Positions 25,141-38,081 of a stretch of 64,000 bases of DNA are shown one piece after another; position 1 is the first letter of the stretch; every line of letters begins with the position of its first letter. The position numbers and the translations under genes are program-made. Below the pieces are notes generated by a model. That model worked only from the letters and a program-made list of their open reading frames with translations, did no database searches and was not told where the DNA came from. Source of the stretch: Bigelowiella natans CCMP2755 (Eukaryota; Protista; Cercozoa); NCBI GenBank assembly GCA_000320545.1, contig ADNK01001129.1, positions 62,001-126,000 on the forward strand. The letters run 5' to 3'.

Positions 25141-26024
25141 CGAATGATACGGAGAAAACTGGTATTTTTCATTTCAATGTGACCACCACTTGTTGTTTAC
25201 CTACGACGGCAGGCTTTTTCGACACTTCGCCGTCTAGTTCGCTCAACGCCTAAGTCACGGAGAAAAAGGGCACAGGGTAGTAGTAATTATCATCGTTTAT
25301 CCGTTTGTCCATCCTCCTTTTCCTCCTTATCATCATCATCTCAATATTCCTACCTGAATCCCTTCCTCGTATTTTCCCTTGGTGAAATAGATGGTGGCGA
25401 TGGCCACCAGGCACGAGGCCCTTCCCTCCCCTGCTTTCTTTGCCTCCTCGCTGTCAACGAATTCTTGCAGCACCTGAGCGGATTTTCGGAAGGCAATTAC
25501 GGATGAAGATAATCGCAATTTGAGTAACTTTTGTTGCATAAGTTCATGCTTGCATGTCGAATGAGACGGAGTCACCGGGCAGATCAACATGGCACAGTTC
25601 CACTGTCTCGGGATGGCATACATGGCGTGTTTGGGGAAAAAATGATACGAAGTTCTCTCATCAATGCTGCTACCTTTAAGGATTTCACCCATCCCGTTTT
25701 CCCCCTAACAAAATAATCGCAGAGAACAAGATCAGGAGGATGATGATGGTGATGATGGTGATGACGATGATGACGATGATAACGATGGACGTAGCAATAA
25801 TAGTAGTTGCCAAAGAAATGATGGAATACGCTTTGAAATAGGTATCATTATCGTCATCATAATTATTCTCAGCACCACAACTTCATTATCGTACATGTAT
25901 AAGCCTGAAGCGTAGGCGAGAGTTGGGAAAGCACTGTTAGGAAACTTCTTCTTCAGCTGAATATAGTCTTGCTCCTGAGACGACGACGAGACAGCATCAA
26001 CATCCATCATAAATGGCAACAGAT

Positions 26025-26062
<38 letters not shown>

Positions 26063-26164
26063 GACATCAAAAAGCCGCAACAAGTCATCACCAAGCACGA
26101 TGGCCGTGAGATTACTTTCTATATCATGCTTACTACCGCATCATGGTGTAGTAGCGGTATACAG

Positions 26165-26210
<46 letters not shown>

Positions 26211-26584
26211 CAATCAAATTTTAGCCGCATCGTCGTCATGCCCCACCACTCCCCTCCCCCACCCCCCCTCGCAGCAGCATATGTTCCATAGCAGCTGCAG
26301 CACCTTTCCTGAAGTGCCCTGGAGCAGAGCTAAGCAGTGATTCAGGCGTGCCACACGCCTTTTTATTTATTGCCATCATTATCATTCGAAGACCACCAAA
26401 TCAAATCAAGGACACGGAGAGAAAAGCGTCGTGGCCGATAGCAAGAACCCAACCGACAGAAAGACGACATAGAATCTCATATACGGGTATATATATATAT
26501 ATACATACATACATATGTTGTTGTATTTTTTGGATAGATGGGTGCTGCAGGAGACATGTGTTTTCTTCTTCTATGGATCGTCTC

Positions 26585-26626
<42 letters not shown>

Positions 26627-29543
26627 ACACTATCATCGCTCTACTGCTAGCTTCTTCTGACTCCGCATACTTTTGCGTCTCAGAGAGTTTGGAAATCGGA
26701 TAGTTGCCGAGTTCACGTGCCCATCTTTCGGCTTCATTTCCTTTCGTCTTTTTCCCGATCTTAAGAGATTGTAGCATATGTTACTATTGTTGTTGTTGTT
26801 GTTGTTGTGGTGGTGGTGGTGGTGTGGATGAGGAGACGATGATTGGGATAATGGTAATGATACCAATATGATGATGATGATGATGATGATAATGATCATG
26901 ACGACGACGATACTGGTGAGAATGACGATTTTTTTAATCAGCAATAATAATACAACAATCATTTTCGTCATCGTTATCGAGGCATTTCCAATAGGAAAAT
27001 GTCTCCTACCGATAAGAGCTTAAGCAAATTCATCCGAGCTCCAGCAGCAATCTAAATTTATCAAAAAATGATGATACCGTTGCCGTCGACGGTCGGTCGA
27101 AATAAAACTTACAGAGAACACAAGTAATCCATATTTTGGTCCAAGCACAATCAGCACATCACCACACACACGAGGAGAAGCAAAAAAATCTTATCGCGTA
27201 GTAGTAGTAGTGCCCTCTCACTAACATGCAGCATTCCTGTTCACAATCATCACAATGCTGTGTTTTCTTCGATTTATTACAGAAGGGTCTTTGGACGTGA
27301 GCAAGCCGCGATATATTTCCTCAGCTCTTTTGAAATATAGTAACACGGCAACATTATGAGGAGAAAGCTTGAATATATGACCACCAGCTTCCACGTACCT
27401 CGATTTGTCATCTTGCAGCTGTGCTATGTAGGCCACGAGCAAGTTCACAGCCTCCATCTCTGACTCAATTTCCTTGCTATCCCCCCTTTTGATTATCAAG
27501 GTGCTATCAGTGTAAGAAGAAGGGGAAATGAAGAAGGGCTCTCATACATGTTACAGCAGATCAGTTTTTGTAGCACAATATTCTCTCCTGCTGCATTTCA
27601 ACAATGAGCAATACCCATCGGCTTCGATTTCATTCTTGCATAGTTCTGTAGCCTTCTCCACCAGCTCTTTCGCCTGCCATCATTTTCGAAGACGACACGG
27701 TGAAGACGAACGATTCTCAGCAATCATCGACCATCATTATCATCATCATCATCATCATCATCATCATTATCATCACCAGTATCAGTGCCACCACTCCCCT
27801 TGAGGAAAACTGCATCATGTTGTGACTGGTTTGTACTGCTCACCTTCGATAGATTTCCGGCCTCAATGTATGGAATAGCAGCATTGAATGCAACAGCGTA
27901 GCTCCTGAACAACCGTAATCAGCGTTTATATATCGTTATAATATCATTCAATCTCTCGCGTTGTTGCGTTAATTGATTCCGACCAGAGATCGGCGTCGAA
28001 GTTGCTGACGTAGGTCAACGCTTTGGCAGAATCGCTGTCGGCCAGACATGCCAGGTAGTTTGCCCGGATATCCCCAGCAAACTCACTGCTCTGAGAAAGC
28101 CAACAAGAGTGAGAGAAGAGGAGCCTTCGAGAATGATGGATTTATATGGGGGAGAGGGTCGAGAAGATATGGAAAGTAAATTTCCGCACGTATCAATCAT
28201 TTTCTGTTCATCCCGGCCTTTCCTCGTTCTCAGGCATCATTCCACAATCGACTAGTCCCTTACTCACCATCTGTGCCTTCTTGGAGATGAATTGCTTCTC
28301 GTAGATGCCTGCACTCTCTCCTATTCTGCCCAAGCGACGAAGCTGCCATTTGTACGCACATGCACGCATGTAAAGAAAGGAACGAGGACGATGATGACGA
28401 CGACGTGTGTATCGTGTGTATTCTGTCGATGCTCTTATTTAAATGTAGTCGTGTTTCTTCTCTTCAACCAGCTGCGCCTGTACATGCCAGAATCCTGAGG
28501 AGGAATATGATTAATTAGAGGGACAAGGACGAACCTTTGGGAACAATTGCAACTGAAAAACACACTCTCTCGAGTGAAACATACTATTATGCACTTATCA
28601 GGCCAGTTCAGTTTAGGCAGGACGTGAAGCATTTGTAGACACCTTTGTTCTTCGCCCTGTCTGCAACCTCGTTAACCAAAGCGAGTGCCTTCTCGTTTTG
28701 CTTCAGCTGCAAGGAAGTATAGTGTGACCCTCTATCGATACTCTTTGGAAAAAACGATGTGCGAAGTTCATTTGTGCGGAGTATGTCAGGAAGATGGAAG
28801 GCGGGGGAAAGTATGTTGCGAGGATTAGCGGCAGTGAGAAACCAGAGACCTGGTAGTAACAGTACACGAGCTCGAATGCATATGTCTTCTTATAGTTTTC
28901 CTGCTTCAAGATCATTCCAACTGCAGATTTATAATCCTCCTGTGATAAGGTACAGTTCATGAAATACGTCTCACCCATAATATACAACTTAATCCATCGT
29001 CTGCGATTAGGTACCCCCCCCCCCTCTCTGAACACCGACCCCAAAGTCGTGGTTTTGAAATGAGAATCGTTGATAAGTAGAAACTCTATGAGTTGGGGGT
29101 TTTCCTCTGAAGTTGATTCTTATATACGCACCTTCATAATCGTGGCTATGATTCGACAGCGGTTCATCTCCGCATCCTTTGCATCCTCCTTCAGAACTAA
29201 ATGATTAGGATTTGGGGATAAGATTCGGCGCCACAAACTTTAAAGAATCCCCTTTTTCGGATGTATTTTACGTAATGAAATTCAAAACGTTTTTTATTGT
29301 GGATAAAAAAAGCTAGAAAGGGGGGGATATCGATATCGATCGAAACGAAAGCTACATGAAGAAGGGCGATGACGTTTTCGAGTTAATTTCTCTAATCAAA
29401 GGGATTCGGGGGAAATTGAAAATTTTCGAACATTCTCCCGAGATCTTGATGATCCGATCAAGTTCATCGTCCTCAAGTTCATGGGCGGGGTGCCCTCCTT
29501 CCCCGATGAGCTCGGCAAGGGCCTTGAGCTTGTCCGCCGCCAT
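21847..29543 (-). CDS. SRP72: Signal recognition particle subunit SRP72
   Basis: N-terminal TPR region: MAADKLKALAEL..|VLKEDAKDAEMNRCRIIATIMK|EDYKSAV..AFELVYCYYQ|LKQNEKALAL. Diagnostic RNA-binding motif KKKKRKRKKRLPKNYDPN|..PDPERWLPKWER at about 22440-22730. Basic tail KRRLKKKRGKR*. Confidence 0.93.
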
Positions 29544-30132
29544 TACGACAAATGTGGAAACGTGTTTCCCGTCAATTTGTTCTTGAATATGACCTTGGAG
29601 GCATGTCTTACGCCAAAATCCCCAATCATCCTTTGGGGAGTCCAACTTTTCGCTGCACGAATTTGCAGACCAAGAGAAATAATGCGAATTATATCCGAAA
29701 ACAAATAATTTGTGTTGACGCGTGTACAATCTCCAGGGCGTTCGGCTCTTCAAATTTCTCCGTGGCTGATTGCGCAGTAATAAAGCGGCTGAAAGGGCAA
29801 AGAGGTTATCTGGCCAAGTGCGACTTTCCTGTGAAAGGAGAAGTAAGCATGGTTAGGTTTGCTTTCGACAAAATGCATATTCTGTAAGAAGTTTCTCGGA
29901 CCAGAGCTTATCTAGATTTTGATTGTGCATCCAGAGTCAACGAGTCGGCGATGTAGATCAGACTACCTCGGATGCATATCTCGAAGGATGGCGACTGGTA
30001 TTATACGTGCGACAAATTCTTAAGCTAGTCGCAGTCGGAAAATATAATATATTTTCTTCTTTTTGGGAAACTACAACATCACTGTAACTTTTTTCTGGAT
30101 CAAGTGCCAGTGCCACAAAACCCCTATCTGCG

Positions 30133-33100
30133 ATGGCTTCGCGCACGCCGGTTCGCTTTCAACCCGTCAAGCCGTAGATCATACTAATTTATATTTTCAT
30201 CCAGAGACCTTCGAAGAAGACGGGCGGTGCAGATGGCGTGCATGTGAGCTGTCGGTTTAGGCCTGTAAACCTGAAAGAGAAGGAAAATAAAGACCAAAGT
30301 ATGTTGTAACTCGCGTCACTACTCTGTCCTTCAAAATATAGCACTCCCATTACTTTGATATTCTCTTTGAAATCAAATAGGTGCATGTGTGGTAGTATTT
30401 CCAGACCCCACCTGCGTTTCATTTGCGCCAAAAGTGCATGGTGACCTCAAACTCAATCAGAAGACAGCCACATTCAGCTTCGACCATGGTCAGAGGGTGT
30501 ACTATCGGCATCATTTGTTAAAGATACTGATAAAATCAATATGTGTTCTTAGTATTCAAACCCGAATCATCTCAAGATGAAGTATGTGCATTGAAAAATA
30601 GAATATGGAAGGAACGATATCTATGGAAATCTTTGGTAGGTTTTCCAAACTATTGGAGAGGACGTTGTGGATGAAATAATTGGCGGTTTCAATGCCACCC
30701 TTTTTGCCTACGGTCTGATCTACAACGTTTTACATATAACACGATATCAACTAGAACTTTCAAATAGGTCAGACCGGGTCTGGGAAAACGCATACTATGA
30801 TGGGAGACAAAGACGATCCATATCTTTGTGGCTTGATCCCCAGAGTTGTAGAGTATGCGATGATACGTTCTTTGAAGATTCAGTCCTTTTAAGAAAAGTT
30901 TTAAAAGGCTCTTATCATTAGGTCTATATTAAGCAAGCTCGAGCAAAAATCTGAAGCAAAAAAGAATATGATATGTTCCGTCAAAGTCTCATACGTGGAG
31001 ATATACATGGAGAGAATCAAAGACTTACTTAATCCAGCAAAATCAAACCTGAAACTGAGGGAAAATAAGACTAAAGGTTATAAAATGTCTTCTAACCATA
31101 TGATTCAAATTACTTTGAGCTTCGACGTCTAGGTGTCTGGATCGAGGATGTCACTACGGAATATGTATCGAGTAGCGAGGTTACAGTAAAATTGTGATTA
31201 GGCAGTTTCACTTGGAACATAAAAAATTGTTGATCTCCTTCTTTAGGAAGTATATGATTTAATTGAAGTTGGAACAAACAATCGTGCAATAGCTTCGACA
31301 GATATGAATAAGACATCCTCACGGTAACTCGTCGGTCTAGAAGACTAGTATCTTCCTATTCTTCTGGAAATTCCTGATCGTTCTTTATTACGCCTCTTAG
31401 GTCTCATTCGGTATTTATTCTTCACGTGAGCCAAACAGAGCAATCAGAAGGAGGGGGAAATAATGACGACGAAGGCACGAAGAAGAGGCAAGACGATATA
31501 CCATGCGACTTGTGCAACTGTTAGTTTTCTCACAGGCAGTTCCTATTCATCCGATCAGTGCTACGCTGTACCTGGTTGACTTAGCGGGGAGCGAGAAAGT
31601 GCGGAAGACAAAGGCGACAGGTAACTTACATAATATCATGCCATAATCAGTAACTGATGCCATCAATAGGAAAGACGCTTAAAGAGGCCATGCAGATAAA
31701 TAAATCGCTGTCAGCACTTGGGGTTAGGATACGTCGTATATCGATATATCGCTGCATCAAAAATACAAATATTTAACGTAAAATAGAATGTAATCAAGTC
31801 TCTCACGACACACTCCAAGCATGTGCCCTACAGGTCTGCCATGTAAAGCGCTAAGGGTTGGGTACAATTATTGATATTTCTATGCACATATTTAAAGGGA
31901 TTCGAAGCTAACACGGCTGTTATCGCAAGCTTTAGGCGGAAACTGCAAGGTTTCCAACCCTGAATTTGTTTCTTGATCTCAATATTTATTTTAGATACAA
32001 TCCAACAGACCTTTCTGATTCTTACTGCTTCGCCAGCTTTGTACAACAGCGAGGTTCGTGTTCCCATGATTTAAAGCCTAAAATGAGAATTAAAAAACGA
32101 TAACAATCATGATGATATTGATAATATAGGAGACCTTGAGTACGCTACGATTCGGGAGACGCGCGAAGATGGTGAAAAACAAGCCCATCATAAACACCAA
32201 AAAATCCGCAGATCACTACCTACGGTAATCAGATTTATGGCAAAGTAAAATAAATGCTGTGGCTGATGTAACGATAACTTTAGGCTACTGAAATTAGCGG
32301 AGAAGAAAATTTTACAACAGCAAGAATTGATAAATGCCCTGCAGCAAACGGAGGGATCTAGCATTGCACTAACTAACGGAGATGGGAGTCCAGGAAGAAA
32401 TCTATCTGAACATACAACACTCATCGTTTCTCAAAACGGTGGAAAGGTCATTTGAGAGGTAACCTATTTCTCTGTCTCAAATTCCTCCTTTTATTATTTT
32501 TAGGAGAGCAAAGACAATTCTACCAAGAAACATGAAACCAGGCAGCAACGACGACCATCGATGGTGAACATAGTATCTCGCCTTCAGGCTCAAATATCAG
32601 AACTGGAGGAGGAGAATTCTCGCCTAGATATGAAAAATGCGGAGATTTCAGACATGGTCTCTAAACGCAACATTAAGGCCTTTTTCCAAACACTTCAACT
32701 ACTTCTTCTTTGCCGTTCTTCTTTTATCCTTTAGTTTGTTACGATGCAATGCGAGTTGGCCGAGAAGTCCAGTCTCCTCGAGGAGCAAGAGTCAAAAATG
32801 GAAGTGTTAGAGAGAAAGTTTGATACATCGAGGAAAACTCTGCAGGTACTGAAATCAAGGCAAAGTGGTTTTCTTCCGATAACAATTTGTTTGAATTTCC
32901 AGTCCATAGAACGAAGTGTTAGTGCTATTTACGACGCACGATTATACTGCTCTCAAATGGCACACAATCGTGAGATTTCAGAGCTTAGGAAGGAGATGGA
33001 TGCCTTGAATCGACAGGTATTTCAACGCAAGGTGATGATGCTCACATTGACACGTTGCCGTGGTTTAAGGCTGAGACTAGAAGACAGTTGATGCTTCAAT

Positions 33101-35082
33101 TCGAGAGGGAGACGGGAATCAGCATTGCAGGAGCAACAACCAAGTAGGGTTTTTCCCATTTCTTCTGGACTATTCTGCGATTAGTGCCGACTGATATTGG
33201 ATGTATAGACGGACGAGACAAGGGAAGAAACCGGCGCCACCCTCAAACCAAAGGATCATCAAAAGCAATCAAGTGTAGGAATATATGCCATCTTTTTCTT
33301 AATTGAAATAATTATTAAAATTCTCCTGCAACTGTGCAACGCTTTTAGGTGCTATGTCGCGCATCTCGACGGGGTTAATGTTCGCGATAAGCCATCCATT
33401 AAGGCGACTTTGTTGGGGGTACTACTCATGAATCAAGCTATCTAAAATGTTAGAACTCGGCCTGATTCTTTTTTCGCTAGGTCCTTCCACAAAACGCAAG
33501 TTTAACTTGTAAACTAGCTGCTGAAAAAAATGACGAAGGCGACATCTTTCAACTTTGGATGCAGGTTTCAGCGTTCATGACATACCGCGAATGTTGGACT
33601 GACAGTTTAGGATACACGTGAACGTAGTCATTAAGTAATTTTGAGCATTTGGATGATTTTTATATGTAGCACGAGCTGGGATGGTCATGCGCTCGAATGG
33701 GGTCCACAATCAACATTAATCCTGAAGGAATAAGCGATGACTCTCTTTGCTGCATGAATCAGATCGCGATGGCTCATTCTTCCTGTTCCATACTCAGAAT
33801 CCGAGGTAGTAGCAATGACAAATTTAGCATTCAACAACAGAGTCATCTTTTCCGTTCGTTGCCATCGATCAGGATGTAGAGCCTTCACAACCTCCTCCAC
33901 CACCACCCCAAACTCTTGTTGTTACCGATGAAGAGGAGAGAATGAATGTAGAAGGTGGTGGATTAGGGATGCTGCCCCTCCGTCCTCGGAAAAGAAATCA
34001 AGCCACCACGAAGGACACTTCCAAAGAGGAAAAAATTGAACCTCCACCTGTTGAACAAGAACCACGAGGTGTTGCGGAGAACAATGATGATGATGAGCAG
34101 AAAGGGCAATCTACTGCAGACGAGTCAACTGCTGCTTCTACTACTTCGAACACCTCTCAGTCAGAAACTCCCACCACCTCGATCAAAAGGAATAAAGGTG
34201 GTCAACAGCCAGAGATAAACGATAAGCCATTCATTAATCTTCGTCATTTACAGAGGTTGAGTCGCTGCGCCAATTTCTTCGCATGAAATGTACGCAACTG
34301 GCTGAGGCTCAAGCAGAACTTCAAGAAATGAAGTGGAAATAAAATAATGGATAACTGAAAAATAGAGCTTCACTTTTGTTTTTTATTAAGTTGAGACATC
34401 TTGTATCTTGAGCTAACTTTGAGCATTGCTTCTACTTCGAGGCAAAAAATTGCATCTGTCAAATCGTTGGAAGCAGAGATGAAATCAGTCTCAACGTGTG
34501 TGAATGCTCTTGAATCTTTAAGCAAGATTGATTCTTAAGCAAGATTGTAACGTTCTTTTCTTTAGATTGAAAAAGGAAAATAGTGCATTAAAAGACCAGG
34601 TCTTTTCTTGGTATCGAGGAAATTTCGTTTGTGATGATTTTGTTACATCTGTTTATAAGGTTGTAATGTTGAAAGAAGGAAATGCTGAGAAGGAAAATCT
34701 GCTGGAATCATTTCGTGCATCAGCAAAACGTAATTGACGTGTTCAGTCAACTCGGAAAATTGATTTAAAAAGCAACGAAACTAACCGGCATGCCTTGTAT
34801 TTGTTTACGTGCAGTACAAGAGGTGAACATCGAGGAAAAACAAAAAATCATAGAAGATTTGGAAGCCAAAACTCAGGCATATTGACCTTTTCTAGCATAA
34901 TTTGCCAGTAAAATGACATTAAACTTTTACAGGCGTACAAGCAGCTCACAGAGAGATCACTTTCACCTAGAGGTTCAGGATCAAGACTGTTAAGAGTTGT
35001 TCGTTCAGGGCGAGCTCGCAGTCGTGCTAGCAGCTCTGCTCACGTTCCACCCAGACTTCCCGAGAGTCTTCGGGCACCTTAA
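30133..35082 (+). CDS. Kinesin heavy chain-like (kinesin-1 type N-terminal motor) with coiled-coil stalk
   Basis: VSCRFRP, FSFDH|VF, GFNATLFAYG|QTGSGKTHTM, SYVEIYMERIKDLL, MNKTSSR|SHSVF, LYLVDLAGSEKVRKT, INKSLSALG|NVI, HVPYR|DSKLTRLL, ETLSTLRFGRRAK. Many introns of about 50-80 nt. Confidence 0.95.
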
Positions 35083-35089
35083 CCATGGA

Positions 35090-35959
35090 AAAGTCTAGTG
35101 CTGTGCCTGAATTTTCGTGTCAATCTAGCAATGCATTGGCGGGCAGAAATAAACGATCAATTTGCATTTCAACATCACGGCATAGCTTTGCATGTTTGTG
35201 GCACACTGCTAGACTATGTGATGATTGTCGATGATGGCAATGGGCAGCACAAACAAGTGATTTGAATCAGGTAGGTGCAGTGATCGATTGAAGTGAAGAG
35301 ACTTCAAGTCATTGCATGCTAGCATGCGTGCGCGAACAGCAGACATGCAATCGTCGCAAGTGTCAAGATCGCATCACTCATTGCTAGATTGGCGTGGTGG
35401 TGAACGATCAATGTCAGCGCATTCCAGCATTACAACACTTCAATGTCTTCTACGTCAGCTAGATGTCTAGACGTGGAGGTGCAGAAACGAGGGTTCACAC
35501 ACCCAGCCAGTCAGACACGATGGCACGCTCGTGCTGATGATCCGCCAAAGTGACTGCCAGGCTAGCAGATTAGTGCAGTTCCAGAGTTGCTGCACGGTCT
35601 GGACATGCTGGCTACATGGTATGCACAACCTTTACGACGAAGCCAAACATCCAGAAATCACTGGATCAAGCATCGTGTGCTTTGTTGATGTTGACATCGT
35701 CTGGACAGACATCCAACTCATCATCATTCCCATGCTGGCATATTGCATCGTGTTGCCGTTGCGTTCAGATTCCTCACGTTGTTGTCGGATTTGACAAGCT
35801 TGTTTTAGCATTCACCACATTGCAATCTGAACGCGCCCTGGAGTCGCGTTTCTCACTCACTTGTGACGTGCATGGGGCGGCTGCAATCGCACGGGCTCGG
35901 TGCGGCACATTTCTGTGCCTCACTTCTCGAATGAGCGGTTTTGGCGAGTGGTTCTAGCC
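35090..35959. other. TpA-depleted convergent intergenic region between the kinesin and MFS 3' ends
   Basis: Few TA dinucleotides, many of them in CTAG or TAG/CTA context; rich in CA/TG, CATG and CTGG/CCAG. Confidence 0.75.
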
Positions 35960-36504
35960 TCAAAAATTATCAACCAAGTTGTGCCCAAGGAGGCTGATTT
36001 CCTCCTCATCTTTGCTGTCTGACACATCAGAGACATCACTCTCTTTCTCGTCAGCGTTCTGCCCAAAAAATGACAATGTTAGGAGTTGATGGTTCTCAAC
36101 AAAGGAAAGCTGAATTGACGATCAATGACCACCTTCACGGGAACAAATGCTGGCTCCCTTTTTTTCTTGTCCCAGTAAGAAATTAAAATGCAGAATACGC
36201 CGCCAATGGCCAACAAGACTGTCATCATTCAGATTGACATCAGCAAAAAAATCACAGAGATGCAGACGAAAATGACAAGGAAACAAGATTGCACGCACCT
36301 GCGATGAGAATGAAGATGATCGTCCATCCTGCCGTGTCACTGATGAATCCGACAGCCAGCTACCAGGAAAGTGAACCAAATGGCATGCAATTTCAATGGG
36401 CAATGCAGATGACACATCATGTGATGACCATCATCGTCGTCATCATCATCATCATCACCGCACTAACAAGGATAGAATGATAACTTATTATCCCTTTCGT
36501 AATG

Positions 36505-36564
<60 letters not shown>

Positions 36565-37237
36565 CATATGTATGCATTTATATATATTTTAATATATTTC
36601 CTGTTGTCTCAATTTATTTCACTAATAGAACACCTGTCCAAGCGCGGCGATTCCACTGCCCGTGCCGTCCACAATACCTTTCGTAACCATTCATCACAAT
36701 CAGGAGTGCCAATAAATGGCATGTTCATTCTCTCACGATTTGTCTCGCAGGTTTCAAATTTCGCTACTAGCTAAGCTATGTGCTCCATGCATGATGATTT
36801 TAGCACCGGATATGGTTGCCGTGACAGCGAGTTGCGATCTTGTTCCGATATCGGCTGATTGAAAGAGGAGCGGGATGATCAGCCCAAAATCATCACCACT
36901 ATGATCCATCCACACTTTGTTTTGGTTGTAGATGAAGATAAGGTGTGCTGCGTGTACAGTGTTTGTCGTTGATCAAATCGAGCGCCTGCACGTACCTGCT
37001 ATAGCAGTTGGCATAAGCATGGCCGGGCCCCCCATCATCGTCCTAGATCGTTCGTAAAATGAAGGGGGGTGGGTGAATGCATGGATGGACGAGAGTTGGC
37101 TGATGGTCGCTGTGGCAGCTCAGCACGTCAATGGCGTACCGATATACTCAAAATATGTATTAATACGACAGAATATGCACGCGCGCACACACACACACAC
37201 ACTCAAAATATGTATGTACATTATATATATAATAATT

Positions 37238-37271
<34 letters not shown>

Positions 37272-38049
37272 GTATACTATTGTGATGTAGCAAGATAAAA
37301 ATATTGTTTTCTTTCTCACCCCATCATGAACATCAGCGCCGCTGCCTGATAAATATATGATCCATATTCAAACAAAAGATGTACATATGCATGCGCCTGT
37401 ACACTCGGGAACTACACCAACAACAATCGGGAAAACTTGTAGGGCACAGATGAAGTTGTGGAGTGGTAACATATAATGTGTTGTGGCTTAAGATAGTGCT
37501 ATCAGCACCCCTGCCGCGTCAGTCACGAATGCAGATCCCAGGGCGAACTGTTTTTTTTAAAAAAAAAAGAATAGAAATGATGAGATGACTGCACTTGTGC
37601 ACTAACAACGCGTCTTTCTTATCCTCTCTTGTAGAGATTACAATGGCGGCCGTGAAGAGCAGGCCTGCGAAGATGGCTGGGCGATTGCCCGTTCGGTCGG
37701 TTATCCTTGGGACAAAGATTCGTCAGACATGCAGATTAAGGAAGGAAACGGAAATCAATCAATGAATGTGGGAAGCTATCTAGGCGATTTTCCATGCAGA
37801 GAGCCTTTTCTCCCTCCCCGTTGGATCAACCCGTAATTACTGTGGAAATAACAACAATACCCTCCGTCCTGCAATCGGTGCCACCGGAGGCGAACCATAG
37901 AGGCTACACCACCCGCTCAGCATACTCATACTACACTCTTCGCTCTATCCCCTCTGCCTTACTTTCCCGAGGTGAATGCGCCTATGACGAGCCCGAAATC
38001 GTACGTCATTGCGACCTTGAATAGATCCAAGAAGGGGCATCAACCATGG

Positions 38050-38081
<32 letters not shown>

